Virus record (IMG/VR): IMGVR_UViG_3300046501_000473 | DNA: 34,964 nt | Strand: one strand, 5' to 3' | From: an uncultured virus (IMG/VR IMGVR_UViG_3300046501_000473) | Lineage: Duplodnaviria; Heunggongvirae; Uroviricota; Caudoviricetes | Shown here: in pieces, positions 16,554 to 24,926 of the stretch | Position numbering within the stretch: position 1 is the stretch's first letter | Layout: every line of letters begins with the position of its first letter | Program-made: the position numbers and the translations under genes | Notes under the pieces: generated by a model | Seen by the model: only the letters and a program-made list of their open reading frames with translations | Database searches by the model: none | What the model was told of the DNA's origin: nothing

Positions 16554-17699
16554 ATGACCCACCCAGGCGCCGAAGAAGCGCGCGAAAAGTTGCTCGTTAA
16601 CCTGACTCCTGAGCTACGCCGTGACCTGCGCATCAGGGCAGCCGAGCACGGGCTGAACATGCAGGACGCCGTCGCCTCCGCCCTCAGTCTCTGGTACGAC
16701 ACCCCGGGCTCCCCGGACATCGAGACCAGGGGATCGAAGTCGTGGGGCGTGTTCCTTCCCGCTGGGGGCCCGCACCGGTTCGCAAGCGAGTGCGATTCCC
16801 GCAGTCTGACGAAGGTCCAGGGCATGGCCCAGGCCATCACCCTGTGGCTGAAGGCCCACCCATCCCCCGACGAGCGCCTCGTCGCCCAGCCCGTGAAGCG
16901 GATCCTGGTGGGCAACCAGAAGGGTGGTGTCGGCAAGACGTTCGTGGCCTCCGGACTCGCCCAGGCCATGGCGGAGGCCGGCCTGCGCGTTCTCCTCGTC
17001 GACTACGACCCCCAAGGGCACCTCACCAGCCGCCTGCAGATCCCTGGCCTTCCCACCGGGTCCGACAGTCTCCTCACGCACATGCTCGGCGAGGCCGACA
17101 AGCACCTGGCCCGCTCCCTCGTCGCGCTCCCCCACGAACGGTTCGGCGGCCGTCTCCACGTTCTGCCCGCGAGCAAGGACGCCTTCCTGATGGACGCCAA
17201 GCTGGCGCTCCTCCAGGTCGGCCGCGACACCTGCCTGGCCCGCGCGCTCGCCCCCGTCGAGGACTCCTACGACGTCATCGTCCTGGACGGCCCTCCGAAC
17301 CTGGGGCTGGCGATAGACCTCGCCATCAACTACGTCCAGCGTCGCCCGGGCGAGCTGATCGACCACTCCGGAATCCTGATGCCCGTCTGGTCGGACCGTT
17401 CCTCGTTCGACGCCTACGAGATGCTGAACGAGCAGATCGACACCCACAGCCGGATGACCGGAGCGGTCGTCGACCAGCTCGGGTTCGTCGTGAACGCCTA
17501 CGACTCCCGCAAGGGCGTTGTCACCCGCGCCTTCTACGACGGGTGGAGCGAGCTCACCACACCCGGTGTGCTGGCCACCCTGAAGGACGCCATCGAGGGC
17601 CGCGAGGCATCCGACTACCAGATCCCGCTGCTCGAGCACGCCCCTGACTCCGGTCAGGCGCAGGTCATGCGCGCCCTGGCCAAGGAGTTGGCGGCGTGA
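16554..17699 (+). CDS. parA: ParA-family partition ATPase with N-terminal tandem ribbon-helix-helix-like extension
   Basis: Deviant Walker A NQKGGVGKT, LLVDYDPQGHLT, DVIVLDGPPNLG; N-terminal LLVNLTPELRRDLRIRAAEHGLNMQDAVASAL. Confidence 0.93.
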   Translation: MTHPGAEEAREKLLVNLTPELRRDLRIRAAEHGLNMQDAVASALSLWYDTPGSPDIETRGSKSWGVFLPAGGPHRFASECDSRSLTKVQGMAQAITLWLKAHPSPDERLVAQPVKRILVGNQKGGVGKTFVASGLAQAMAEAGLRVLLVDYDPQGHLTSRLQIPGLPTGSDSLLTHMLGEADKHLARSLVALPHERFGGRLHVLPASKDAFLMDAKLALLQVGRDTCLARALAPVEDSYDVIVLDGPPNLGLAIDLAINYVQRRPGELIDHSGILMPVWSDRSSFDAYEMLNEQIDTHSRMTGAVVDQLGFVVNAYDSRKGVVTRAFYDGWSELTTPGVLATLKDAIEGREASDYQIPLLEHAPDSGQAQVMRALAKELAA

Positions 17700-18619
17700 G
17701 CTCGAAGAAGGTCGCCCCCGTCATCCCGGTCGTCGGCTCCGGCGGAAGCGGTGACCAGTCCCGCGAGGACCAGCTGCGGCAGTGGGAGGACAGCCAGCGC
17801 AAGCTACGCGAGCAGCATGCCGCGCCCGCGGCTGTGGTGGCGCAGGTCCCGGCACCTGCCGCACCCCCGGCCGCCGTTCTGGCCGTAGCGGAGCCCGCGG
17901 AGACGGAATCGGCGGGAACGGAATCTGTGCCGGCCGTCAGGACCGCGGCGACCGGGTACCTGCCGATGCCGGACTTCACCGAGCCGGACAGCGACGACCC
18001 GGCCACCCGGCTGGAGTTCTATGCGCGGGGCATCCTCGCCGTGCAGTACGCGGCCCGCGCCAACCACGAACGGGCCGAACAGCAGAAACTGATCGGGCTC
18101 GGGCTCCGGCTGCGGGCGATGAAGGTGGAGGAGCTGCACAAGGTCGCCGGACACGACACGTTCGGGGAGCTCGCCGAGGCCCGCTTCGGCATCAAGAAGC
18201 ACCAGGCCAACAACATCATCCGAGTGATGCCGGTGGCGCAGGCACTCGAGGACATCACCACCCAGGAGCTGAAGGAACGCCCCCTGCGGATTCTGGTGCC
18301 GATCCTCGAGACGCACGGCACCGAGGCGGTGCGGGAGACGTGGCTGGAGGCGGCCCGGCACGGCAACGTCATCGACAAGACGCTGCGGGATGCCGCAAAC
18401 TTCCTCGGCTACGGCCCGCCGAAGGAGCTCACCCAGGAGGCGGAGAAGAAGACGGGGCCGAAGGTGCTCACGCCGAGCGAGTCACTGAAGGCGGTGGAAC
18501 GGATCCGCGCCCTGGCGGAGACCGACCTCGCCCGGGCGCGTCGGGAGGCGGAGGAACTCGAGAGCGCGGTGCGTGAACTGCTGGAAGAGCTGGCCGGGAA
18601 CCTGGAGGAGCAGGCCTAG
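17696..18619 (+). CDS. putative partition DNA-binding partner of ParA (non-ParB-CTPase type)
   Basis: GTGA-coupled to parA; disordered N-terminus; TFGELAEARFGIKKHQANNII HTH-like region; C-terminal coiled coil; no ParB/Srx motif recognised. Confidence 0.7.
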   Translation: MSSKKVAPVIPVVGSGGSGDQSREDQLRQWEDSQRKLREQHAAPAAVVAQVPAPAAPPAAVLAVAEPAETESAGTESVPAVRTAATGYLPMPDFTEPDSDDPATRLEFYARGILAVQYAARANHERAEQQKLIGLGLRLRAMKVEELHKVAGHDTFGELAEARFGIKKHQANNIIRVMPVAQALEDITTQELKERPLRILVPILETHGTEAVRETWLEAARHGNVIDKTLRDAANFLGYGPPKELTQEAEKKTGPKVLTPSESLKAVERIRALAETDLARARREAEELESAVRELLEELAGNLEEQA

Positions 18620-18642
18620 CGGGCGCGATGGTGTCGACGTCT

Positions 18643-18672
18643 CAAGGTGGTGACCACGTGGTCACCACCTTG
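18643..18672. repeat. perfect 30-bp palindrome, candidate parS
   Basis: CAAGGTGGTGACCAC|GTGGTCACCACCTTG just downstream of the par operon. Confidence 0.8.
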
Positions 18673-18691
18673 TCGTCTGTCTGACCCAAAG

Positions 18692-18713
18692 GTGGTGACC
18701 ACGTGGTCACCAC
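18692..18713. repeat. second copy, 22-bp palindrome, candidate parS
   Basis: GTGGTGACCAC|GTGGTCACCAC; centres 45 bp apart. Confidence 0.8.
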
Positions 18714-18859
18714 TCCCCGTCTTCTTCGTCCTCCGCGGGCTCCTCGAGGACCGTCGTGTAGGCGGGCTCCTGGAACAGCTTGTGCCGCTCCCACGCGGGC
18801 GCTGGCCCGACCTGCCGAGGCGAGGCGGAAACGTGGGGCGGGGTGGCGGTCTGCGGCAT
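18707..18859 (-). CDS. small acidic hypothetical protein (50 aa)
   Basis: MPQTATPPH...EEPAEDEEDGEW; GAGGAG RBS. Confidence 0.5.
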   Translation of the reverse strand: MPQTATPPHVSASPRQVGPAPAWERHKLFQEPAYTTVLEEPAEDEEDGEW

Positions 18860-18867
18860 CGGGCTCC

Positions 18868-19014
18868 TCAGGCGGCGGTGACGAGGTGTTGGGCGCGGGC
18901 GAAGTCGTCCAGCCAGGCCCGTTCCTCGCGGTCCTGCTGCCGGTGCCACTCGGGGGTGAACTCGGCGGGCGCGTCGGTGTCCTCGAGCGCAGGGTGCGGC
19001 AGGGTGTCCAGCAT
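18868..19014 (-). CDS. small hypothetical protein (48 aa)
   Basis: MLDTLPHPALEDTDAPAEFTPEWHRQQDREERAWLDDF...; GGAG RBS. Confidence 0.6.
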   Translation of the reverse strand: MLDTLPHPALEDTDAPAEFTPEWHRQQDREERAWLDDFARAQHLVTAA

Positions 19015-19082
19015 GGGCGGCTCCGTTCGTGCGGGGTGATCGCGAACAGGCTCCCGCAGATCTTGCCGGGTGTTCCCTCCGC

Positions 19083-19529
19083 TCAGCCGGTGATCCGAAG
19101 GACGGGTATCCCGGCCTTCTTCGCCCGGCGCATGCAGTCCGCTGTGCCGCTGGAGTTCTGGTACGAGGCGGCCACACACAGAAGGGGGCCCTCGTCGACC
19201 ATCCCCTGGTTGCGGCGGTGTCCGGCGAGGGGGCAGTACTCGAGGCCGCGGCGGTTGATGCGCCGGTGTCCCGGCGGGCAGGTGGGCGCGCAGGGGCCGT
19301 TCCAGTCGGCGGGCCGGCGACGACGGGGAACTTCATGGCGGATGGCCCATGCGTCGCCGATCGTGTCTCCGCCTTCGGCGGTGCCGTGCATCAGCTCGAT
19401 GCCGTCGTAGCCGTCTTGGAGGGCGTCGTGCCACACGTCGAGGAGCGTGTCCTCGAGAAACTGCGGATCGGGCCACTTCCTCGAGCTGGTCAGCAGGATG
19501 AGCGCAAGGTGCGCGGTAGCGGTGTTCAT
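19083..19529 (-). CDS. SLOG-superfamily protein (YspA/DUF2493-like)
   Basis: ILLTSSRKW...LMHGTAEGGDTIGDAWA...PADW...AGHRRNQGMVD...SSGTADCMRRAKKAGIPV. Confidence 0.85.
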   Translation of the reverse strand: MNTATAHLALILLTSSRKWPDPQFLEDTLLDVWHDALQDGYDGIELMHGTAEGGDTIGDAWAIRHEVPRRRRPADWNGPCAPTCPPGHRRINRRGLEYCPLAGHRRNQGMVDEGPLLCVAASYQNSSGTADCMRRAKKAGIPVLRITG

Positions 19530-20317
19530 GCGACGTCGAAGGCGCGGCGTACCGGTGCCGCATCGCTGCCGCCGCGCTTGCGGGCGATCGCGGCCCGGCG
19601 GATCATCTCGGCGCGATCCACGGTCGGGGCGGTGAGCCGCTCGAGCTCGGCGACGGCATCGGTGAACGCGGTCTCCGGTTCCCGGTTGTGGGGGTCGGCC
19701 AGCATCCGGTCTTGGCGCTCGATGGCGTCGACGACGTACGGGTTGGTGGGCTCGCCGTCGGCCTGGGCCGCCTGGTGTGCTTCGAGGGTGCGCCGGTAGC
19801 CGGCCGATGCGGTCTCCCGGGTCCGCACGGGCGCCTCGGGGGCGGCTGACTCCGGTGCCGCGGCCTGCTGTTCTGCCGTGGCGACGTTCCCGACCGGCAG
19901 CACGCGGATCGTCCGGACGACCGGGCGGCCCATCTTGTCGTTGATCTGCTTGGCGAGCTGGCCGCCGAGGAGGCGGAGTTGCGCGGCGTAGGAGTGGCTG
20001 CCCGGGCGGAGGTCCAGGCGGCCGGTGTTCTCGTCGTAGTGGATGGGCTGCACCAAGCCGTCGTACTGCGGGCACAGGGTGGGCCACTGGTCGATGACGC
20101 TGCCGCCGGCGACGCCCGCTTCGAGGTGGATGTCGGCACCGAGACCAGCGATGGCGGAGGCCAGGCTGATGGGGTCGCGGCCGGAGCCGGTACGGGCGGT
20201 GCGCCGCGTCTTGGGTCGGCTCGGGGTGTTGGTGGGTGCGGTTCGGGCGGTGCTCTTGTAGGCGGCGAGGGCCTGCCGGGCGAGGTCCCGGCCGGACAAC
20301 TGCGGAGTGTCGGTCAC
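19526..20317 (-). CDS. dciA: DciA (DUF721) family replicative helicase loader homologue
   Basis: SGRDLARQAL...GRDPISLASAI...GSVIDQWP...PIHYD..GRLDL...SHSYAAQLRLLGGQLAKQINDKMG..VVRTIRVL, matching actinobacterial DciA; extra C-terminal domain. Confidence 0.85.
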   Translation of the reverse strand: MTDTPQLSGRDLARQALAAYKSTARTAPTNTPSRPKTRRTARTGSGRDPISLASAIAGLGADIHLEAGVAGGSVIDQWPTLCPQYDGLVQPIHYDENTGRLDLRPGSHSYAAQLRLLGGQLAKQINDKMGRPVVRTIRVLPVGNVATAEQQAAAPESAAPEAPVRTRETASAGYRRTLEAHQAAQADGEPTNPYVVDAIERQDRMLADPHNREPETAFTDAVAELERLTAPTVDRAEMIRRAAIARKRGGSDAAPVRRAFDVA

Positions 20318-20550
20318 GACTGGCCTCCCAAGAGGGCGCGGGCCACGGTGAGGGCGTGATGGTTGGCCGGGCTTCCGCACCAGGCGCACGGTTCGCGCTC
20401 GGTGTAGAGGTGGGCGGTGCGATCGATCTCCGCTTCGTGCTCCAGCCATTCGGCGACCGGGTCGGCGAGTCCAGCCAGGCGACCGGTGATCTCAGGGGCG
20501 ACATCGCGGAGGGTCTGGGCTGCGGCACGAAGTTCGTCGGCGGGTGCCAT
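20314..20550 (-). CDS. hypothetical protein
   Basis: 78 aa; AGGAG RBS; GTGA-coupled to dciA. Confidence 0.7.
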   Translation of the reverse strand: MAPADELRAAAQTLRDVAPEITGRLAGLADPVAEWLEHEAEIDRTAHLYTEREPCAWCGSPANHHALTVARALLGGQS

Positions 20551-20561
20551 CGGGACTCCTG

Positions 20562-22043
20562 TCAGAAGGCGGGGGTGAGTCGGCGGTCGGCGGCGAGGGC
20601 CTGGTCGACGAGCCAGTTGGTGTACAGGCGGCGGGCGTCCCGCTCGGTCATGCCGTTGGCGAGGGCACTGGTGATCAGCGACAGGTCGGCGGATGCTTCG
20701 GCGCGGACCGCCTTGATCAGTTCGCGGTCCAGGTCCTCGAGTTCGGTGCGGGTGTCCTCAGTGATGTCCCAGCACTCCCCGGCGGGGACCGGGCCCGCGG
20801 CGATCTCCTGGTTGCGGCGGAACGCTTCCCGGACGAGATCCTGCACGCTCACGCTGGCCGGGCGCCGGTCGCCGCCGTGGACTTCGTCGTAGCCGGTGTG
20901 CCGGGCCTGCTCCTGCACGCGGGACTCCTGCCACGCCAGTACGGCGGTCTTGCGGCGCTCGGGGGTGGTGTACAGCAGGTGGAGGTTGCCGAGTCGGTCG
21001 GCGAGCAGCCCGGACGGGCGGCGCACCTGGGCGGCGAGGATCGGGCGTTCCTGCTCTGCGATGGCCTGGACCTCGAGGGCCGTCCACCCGGCATCAGCGG
21101 CGTGGCGGATGATCCAGGCGATCCGGGGGATGGATGCGTCCTTGAGCCACGGCACGAGCTGGATGAGTTCGCGGGCGAGCTGGTAGCGGCGGCCGGTCTT
21201 GTTCAGCTTCTTCGGCCCGCGGTTGGACTTCTTCTGGGTGGGGGACTTCGCTTCCCCGCTTGCGAGCTTGCTCTCAGGGGGGGAGTAAGTGTTAGCCGCA
21301 GAAGAAGACGCTGAGGTACCACCCTCCATTGGGGTGCAACGCGCCCGACCCGAAACAGGGGTCCGACGGGGGCGGCGGCGGGTCTTCCGGGCGGCCTTCT
21401 TCGCGAGCTTCCCGAGCAGGCTCCGGTGCTCCGGGGCGGCCCCGACCGGGCGCCGTTGCACCCCTGCACCGACGGTGCGGATCCCGAGCGCCTCATCGAA
21501 CTCGAGGGGGATGACCCGCTCGAACACGGACGCCTGGTTCGGCTGCGAGGAGAGCCGGGTGCCCTTCACCCGGTACACGAGCAGCCCGGCCTCGCGGAGC
21601 ATCGACAGGTGGTACTGGATGGTGCGCTCCGACGCCTTCAGCTTCCGCATCAGGTAGTCGATCCCGGGCCGGCACTCCTTCAGCGCGGCGATCTCCTGCG
21701 CGATGGCGAGGGTCGTTGCACCCCACCGCGGGCCGTGGCTGCGGGAGGGCGTGTAGAGGCCGCTCCCGGCGACCCAGTGGACGGCTTGCATCCAGGAGTG
21801 GGCGCATGTGGCGATGCGGCCGGTCGTGGCGTGCAGCCACTGGCTAGCTGCGGTCACCAGCAGGCGCGCGCCACGACCGGTCTGACCTGCACTGTAGTCG
21901 TACGCGCGTTCGATTTCGACAGTAGGGGCGTGCGTGTCCGGGGTGGATTCGGTGCACGGGGTGCCACCCGACCGGGGGGAGATTCCTCGCGAATCGCCCA
22001 CGGTGGAGTTGCCAAGCTGACAAGAAGGGGTGCGGTGCTGCAC
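20562..22043 (-). CDS. putative plasmid replication initiator (wHTH-containing Rep)
   Basis: RPGIDYLMRKLKASERTIQYHLSMLREAGLL winged-helix motif; large size; position in an operon with dciA, next to par. Start chosen at GTG 22043 (GAAGGCAGG upstream) is uncertain. Confidence 0.65.
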   Translation of the reverse strand: MQHRTPSCQLGNSTVGDSRGISPRSGGTPCTESTPDTHAPTVEIERAYDYSAGQTGRGARLLVTAASQWLHATTGRIATCAHSWMQAVHWVAGSGLYTPSRSHGPRWGATTLAIAQEIAALKECRPGIDYLMRKLKASERTIQYHLSMLREAGLLVYRVKGTRLSSQPNQASVFERVIPLEFDEALGIRTVGAGVQRRPVGAAPEHRSLLGKLAKKAARKTRRRPRRTPVSGRARCTPMEGGTSASSSAANTYSPPESKLASGEAKSPTQKKSNRGPKKLNKTGRRYQLARELIQLVPWLKDASIPRIAWIIRHAADAGWTALEVQAIAEQERPILAAQVRRPSGLLADRLGNLHLLYTTPERRKTAVLAWQESRVQEQARHTGYDEVHGGDRRPASVSVQDLVREAFRRNQEIAAGPVPAGECWDITEDTRTELEDLDRELIKAVRAEASADLSLITSALANGMTERDARRLYTNWLVDQALAADRRLTPAF

Positions 22044-22080
22044 TATGTACCTGCCTTCGTTGATGGCCTTGCGGGAACGC

Positions 22081-22232
22081 AAAAGCCCTCGGTGGCGGTG
22101 AAGTGGTTCGTGGAGAACCTGTTAGTCCGCTCGCTCGGGTTGGCGCCCGGCGGGCCTTAGATCGGCATTGGCGTGCTGATCCGTGGTACGAGGGCCGCAG
22201 AGGCCCGGAGGTGTTTGGCGCACCAGTCCGGG
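22081..22232. ncRNA. structured RNA (rep leader/antisense RNA candidate) with three TTGGCG loops
   Basis: Outer stem GCCCTCG 22085-22091/CGAGGGC 22189-22195; arm GGTTC/GAACC; TTGGCG loops at 22140, 22168 and 22215, each closing a stem. Confidence 0.7.
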
Positions 22233-22272
22233 ACGCGGCCAGGCGGTCGAGGAATCTCCCGCCCAGAAAGCG

Positions 22273-22947
22273 CTACGTCATCTGGTCTCTCTTTCGTGGT
22301 TGTCGAGCACCGTCCCCGAGGCGCGGGGTACGGGAGTCATCGGCGGCCAGCCACCGCTCCTGGTAGGCCAGGGCGAGCGGCAGGCAGCTGTGCCGCGTGT
22401 GGAACACGGCGGTGTTGGACCCGAGGTCGGGACGAATCAGGTTGTCTCCCGGGAACAACATGCTGTGCTCCCGGGGCGTTACGGCCTGGCCGCAGCCGTG
22501 GCAGGCGCCGTGGACCAGCCGCATCTCGAAGTCAATCCGCTTACCCTCGATGGCCATCACGCGGTCCATGAACACTTCGCGGCAGGGCGGCAGGTCGCCG
22601 CAGTGGCTGCACACCGCGTAGTGCTTGGGGAGAACCAGGTACTTCCAGGACGCCGGGGCGGTCCCCACCTTCAGCGGGTCCTTGGTGCGGTCGGTCCGGT
22701 TATGGATGTACAGCGGGCGACCGTTCCACGTCTCATGGTCAGGCTCACCGGCTGCCTGCCAGGCCTGGACGAAGCTGGTCTTCCAGTTGGCGAGGTTGAT
22801 TTCCTCGGTGCGGACGATGAGCAGCGGCTTGTAGTTCCACGCCACCACGGTGCCGGGGACAATCTCGGCGGCCGTGACGACGGTGGTGTCCTGCTCGTCG
22901 GGGGACCACTCGTCATACGGACGGGCGGCATAGCCCCGGGGGCTCAT
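22273..22947 (-). CDS. hypothetical protein with CxxC motifs
   Basis: 224 aa; VCSHCGDLPPC, ACHGCG, FHTRHSC. Confidence 0.75.
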   Translation of the reverse strand: MSPRGYAARPYDEWSPDEQDTTVVTAAEIVPGTVVAWNYKPLLIVRTEEINLANWKTSFVQAWQAAGEPDHETWNGRPLYIHNRTDRTKDPLKVGTAPASWKYLVLPKHYAVCSHCGDLPPCREVFMDRVMAIEGKRIDFEMRLVHGACHGCGQAVTPREHSMLFPGDNLIRPDLGSNTAVFHTRHSCLPLALAYQERWLAADDSRTPRLGDGARQPRKRDQMT

Positions 22948-23060
22948 CGTGTGCTGTGGGTTGAAGTGACAGGACCCGTCTGCATCGCCGGTGTGATCTT
23001 CACGGCGGTGTCCGGGGTTCGACTGTCTGATTGCCCGGGTGTCCGGGTACGCTCTGCCAT
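22944..23060 (-). CDS. possible leader peptide (38 aa)
   Basis: GAGGTG RBS, ATG 23060, stop overlapping the ATG of the next gene (ATGA). Confidence 0.4.
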   Translation of the reverse strand: MAERTRTPGQSDSRTPDTAVKITPAMQTGPVTSTHSTR

Positions 23061-23098
23061 GTCGGCACCTCTACTTCGCAAGGGTCGTGGTGTCGGCC

Positions 23099-23143
23099 CG
23101 GCCCCGCACCTGGTGTTCGCTGCACCGGGATACTGCGGGGCCG
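23099..23143. other. intergenic stem-loop
   Basis: CGGCCCCGCA/TGCGGGGCCG outer stem with inner CCTGGTG/CACCGGG and loop TTCGCTG. Confidence 0.65.
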
Positions 23144-23273
23144 TTCCTATTGTCTTGTGAGCCCCAGCCTGACCTGAATGGTCGTCTGGTGCTAGGCGCA
23201 GCCTATCCGTTGACCCTGCCACTTGTCCCACCCTCTTCCCCCGTGTCTCTAGTCCGACTTGTCACACCGGAGT

Positions 23274-23714
23274 TCAGTGCTCACGGCCGTCCTCGCCGTC
23301 CGCGGGATGCCACTCCGGGGCCCGCTCCGCCGCCACCCGCGACTGGCCCGCCATCCCGCCCATCGCCAGGAACCCCGCCTCCGTCAACTGCCCCTGGAGA
23401 CGCGCCAGCTTGTCCCGGTTGAACCGCGGCGCGTTCATCAACTGGCCCGCCCGCACCCCCACCACGAGCGCCCGATCCCAAATCTCCTGCACCACCGCCG
23501 GATCCACCCCCGGGAACAAGTCCGCCGGAAGCTTCCGCGGCGTGCCCACCGTGTCCAACTGCGCGGCCGCGATCAGCCCCGCGATATGCGCGCCCGTCGA
23601 CACCGCCCGCCCGGCGAGCACGAAGTCCACCGCCGACCCGGCCGGCGGCTCGGCGGCCGAGGCGCTCGAGCTGGTGGAGGCGACGGAAGACGACGGGGTG
23701 GGGATCTGGCTCAT
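23274..23714 (-). CDS. hypothetical protein
   Basis: 146 aa, ATGA-coupled. Confidence 0.75.
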   Translation of the reverse strand: MSQIPTPSSSVASTSSSASAAEPPAGSAVDFVLAGRAVSTGAHIAGLIAAAQLDTVGTPRKLPADLFPGVDPAVVQEIWDRALVVGVRAGQLMNAPRFNRDKLARLQGQLTEAGFLAMGGMAGQSRVAAERAPEWHPADGEDGREH

Positions 23715-24592
23715 GCTGCGGCCTCCAGGCGTGCGGTACGGATGGTGGTGGGGAAGGGAAGCGGCTCAGCGACGTACGGAGCGACGAGGCGGAGTCTCGG
23801 ACGCGGGGAGCGGCGCGCCGAGGCCGCGGCGGACGGGGTGTGGCGCGGCCTCGGCCCGCGACGCGGGGCCGGCTGGCCCGGCCACAGGTTGAGCACCAGC
23901 TGCTGCGGGGCGCCCGCGGCAATCCGGCGCTGCCGGGCCCCGTCCGTCGTCGGCGCCGCCGCCACCGGCCACTGGCCATCCGGAACAATCCGGCACCGGC
24001 GCGGCAGCAGATCATGCGCGGCCGCCACCTGCAGCAGCTGCTCCCGGGTCGCAGTCTCCTTGTTCAACCCCAGCAGCGTGCACAACACCGACCGGTTCCA
24101 GTTCGCCGTCCGGACATCCATGCCCGCCCGGTACGCCACCAGCTCCTCATCCGTCTCCCGCGCCAACGCCGCCAACACCGCCTGCTTCTGTACGGTGCGC
24201 GCCTCCGCCAAATCCTTCCGGGCAGGCAGCGGAGCGTTCGTACGGCGGGCAATCAGTGTTCGATGACGGTCCAGAGCCAACTCCCCGCCCCAGATCCCAT
24301 CCGGCTCCGTCAGCTTCCCGTCCGCAGTTTCCGCGTTCGCGTACACCCGGCAGGCGTCCACGATCGGACACCGGGCGCACACCGCCTTCGCAGCCCGCTC
24401 CCGCGCCAGACGGTCCTTCTGCGGCTCCCCGCCATCCTCAGACGACGACGACCACGCATCCAGCGACAGCCCCTCATCCCCCAGCGCCCGCCCGGCCAGG
24501 TCCGGATCCCAGTGCGGGGCACACCCGCGGTAGTTGAAGAACCGGTGCTCGTAGAAGGCGGCAGCCGCCTCGATCGGATCCAGCGTGCTCAT
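23711..24592 (-). CDS. extended WhiB-family regulator with additional HTH-like C-terminal region
   Basis: YRGC...(long insert)...AKAVCARCPIVDACRVYA...DGIWGG; then VLAALARETDEELVAYRAGMDVRTANW. Confidence 0.8.
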   Translation of the reverse strand: MSTLDPIEAAAAFYEHRFFNYRGCAPHWDPDLAGRALGDEGLSLDAWSSSSEDGGEPQKDRLARERAAKAVCARCPIVDACRVYANAETADGKLTEPDGIWGGELALDRHRTLIARRTNAPLPARKDLAEARTVQKQAVLAALARETDEELVAYRAGMDVRTANWNRSVLCTLLGLNKETATREQLLQVAAAHDLLPRRCRIVPDGQWPVAAAPTTDGARQRRIAAGAPQQLVLNLWPGQPAPRRGPRPRHTPSAAASARRSPRPRLRLVAPYVAEPLPFPTTIRTARLEAAA

Positions 24593-24864
24593 AGAGCAGG
24601 CCCCCCTTCCGGGTCGTGATGGGTAGCGAGAGCGGAGTCCAGGACCAGATCTGCGGCCTCCAGGACCGCCCGGTCCTCAAGCACCGCGTGAAACCGCACC
24701 GAGAACGCCTCGATGTCACGGATGTGCGCGGCGCCCTCGAGACGCCGAACGGCGCGCTCCGCGAGCAGAGCGCGCCGCAACCTGCAGTGCCGGCGCACAG
24801 CGAGCGCACCGACCAGGGCCGCCGCGGTGAGGGCCGCGGCAACGGCTATCGGACGTAGGGGCAT
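24589..24864 (-). CDS. small protein with N-terminal membrane anchor
   Basis: MPLRPIAVAAALTAAALVGALAVRR...; GGAGGTGAAGG RBS. Confidence 0.7.
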   Translation of the reverse strand: MPLRPIAVAAALTAAALVGALAVRRHCRLRRALLAERAVRRLEGAAHIRDIEAFSVRFHAVLEDRAVLEAADLVLDSALATHHDPEGGPAL

Positions 24865-24926
24865 AGCGGCCTTCACCTCCATGGCAGGGGCAGGACGGAC
24901 AGGGACGGGCGGGGCGGGGTTGGGCC

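Noticed and set aside
18643..18672. Hairpin-telomere (telRL) site
   Set aside because: No protelomerase recognisable in the window; the duplicated palindrome directly after par genes fits a centromere better, though not formally excluded
22085..22195. tRNA gene (cloverleaf shape)
   Set aside because: No correctly placed T-arm GTTCRA, anticodon arm or CCA end; arm sizes do not fit a tRNA
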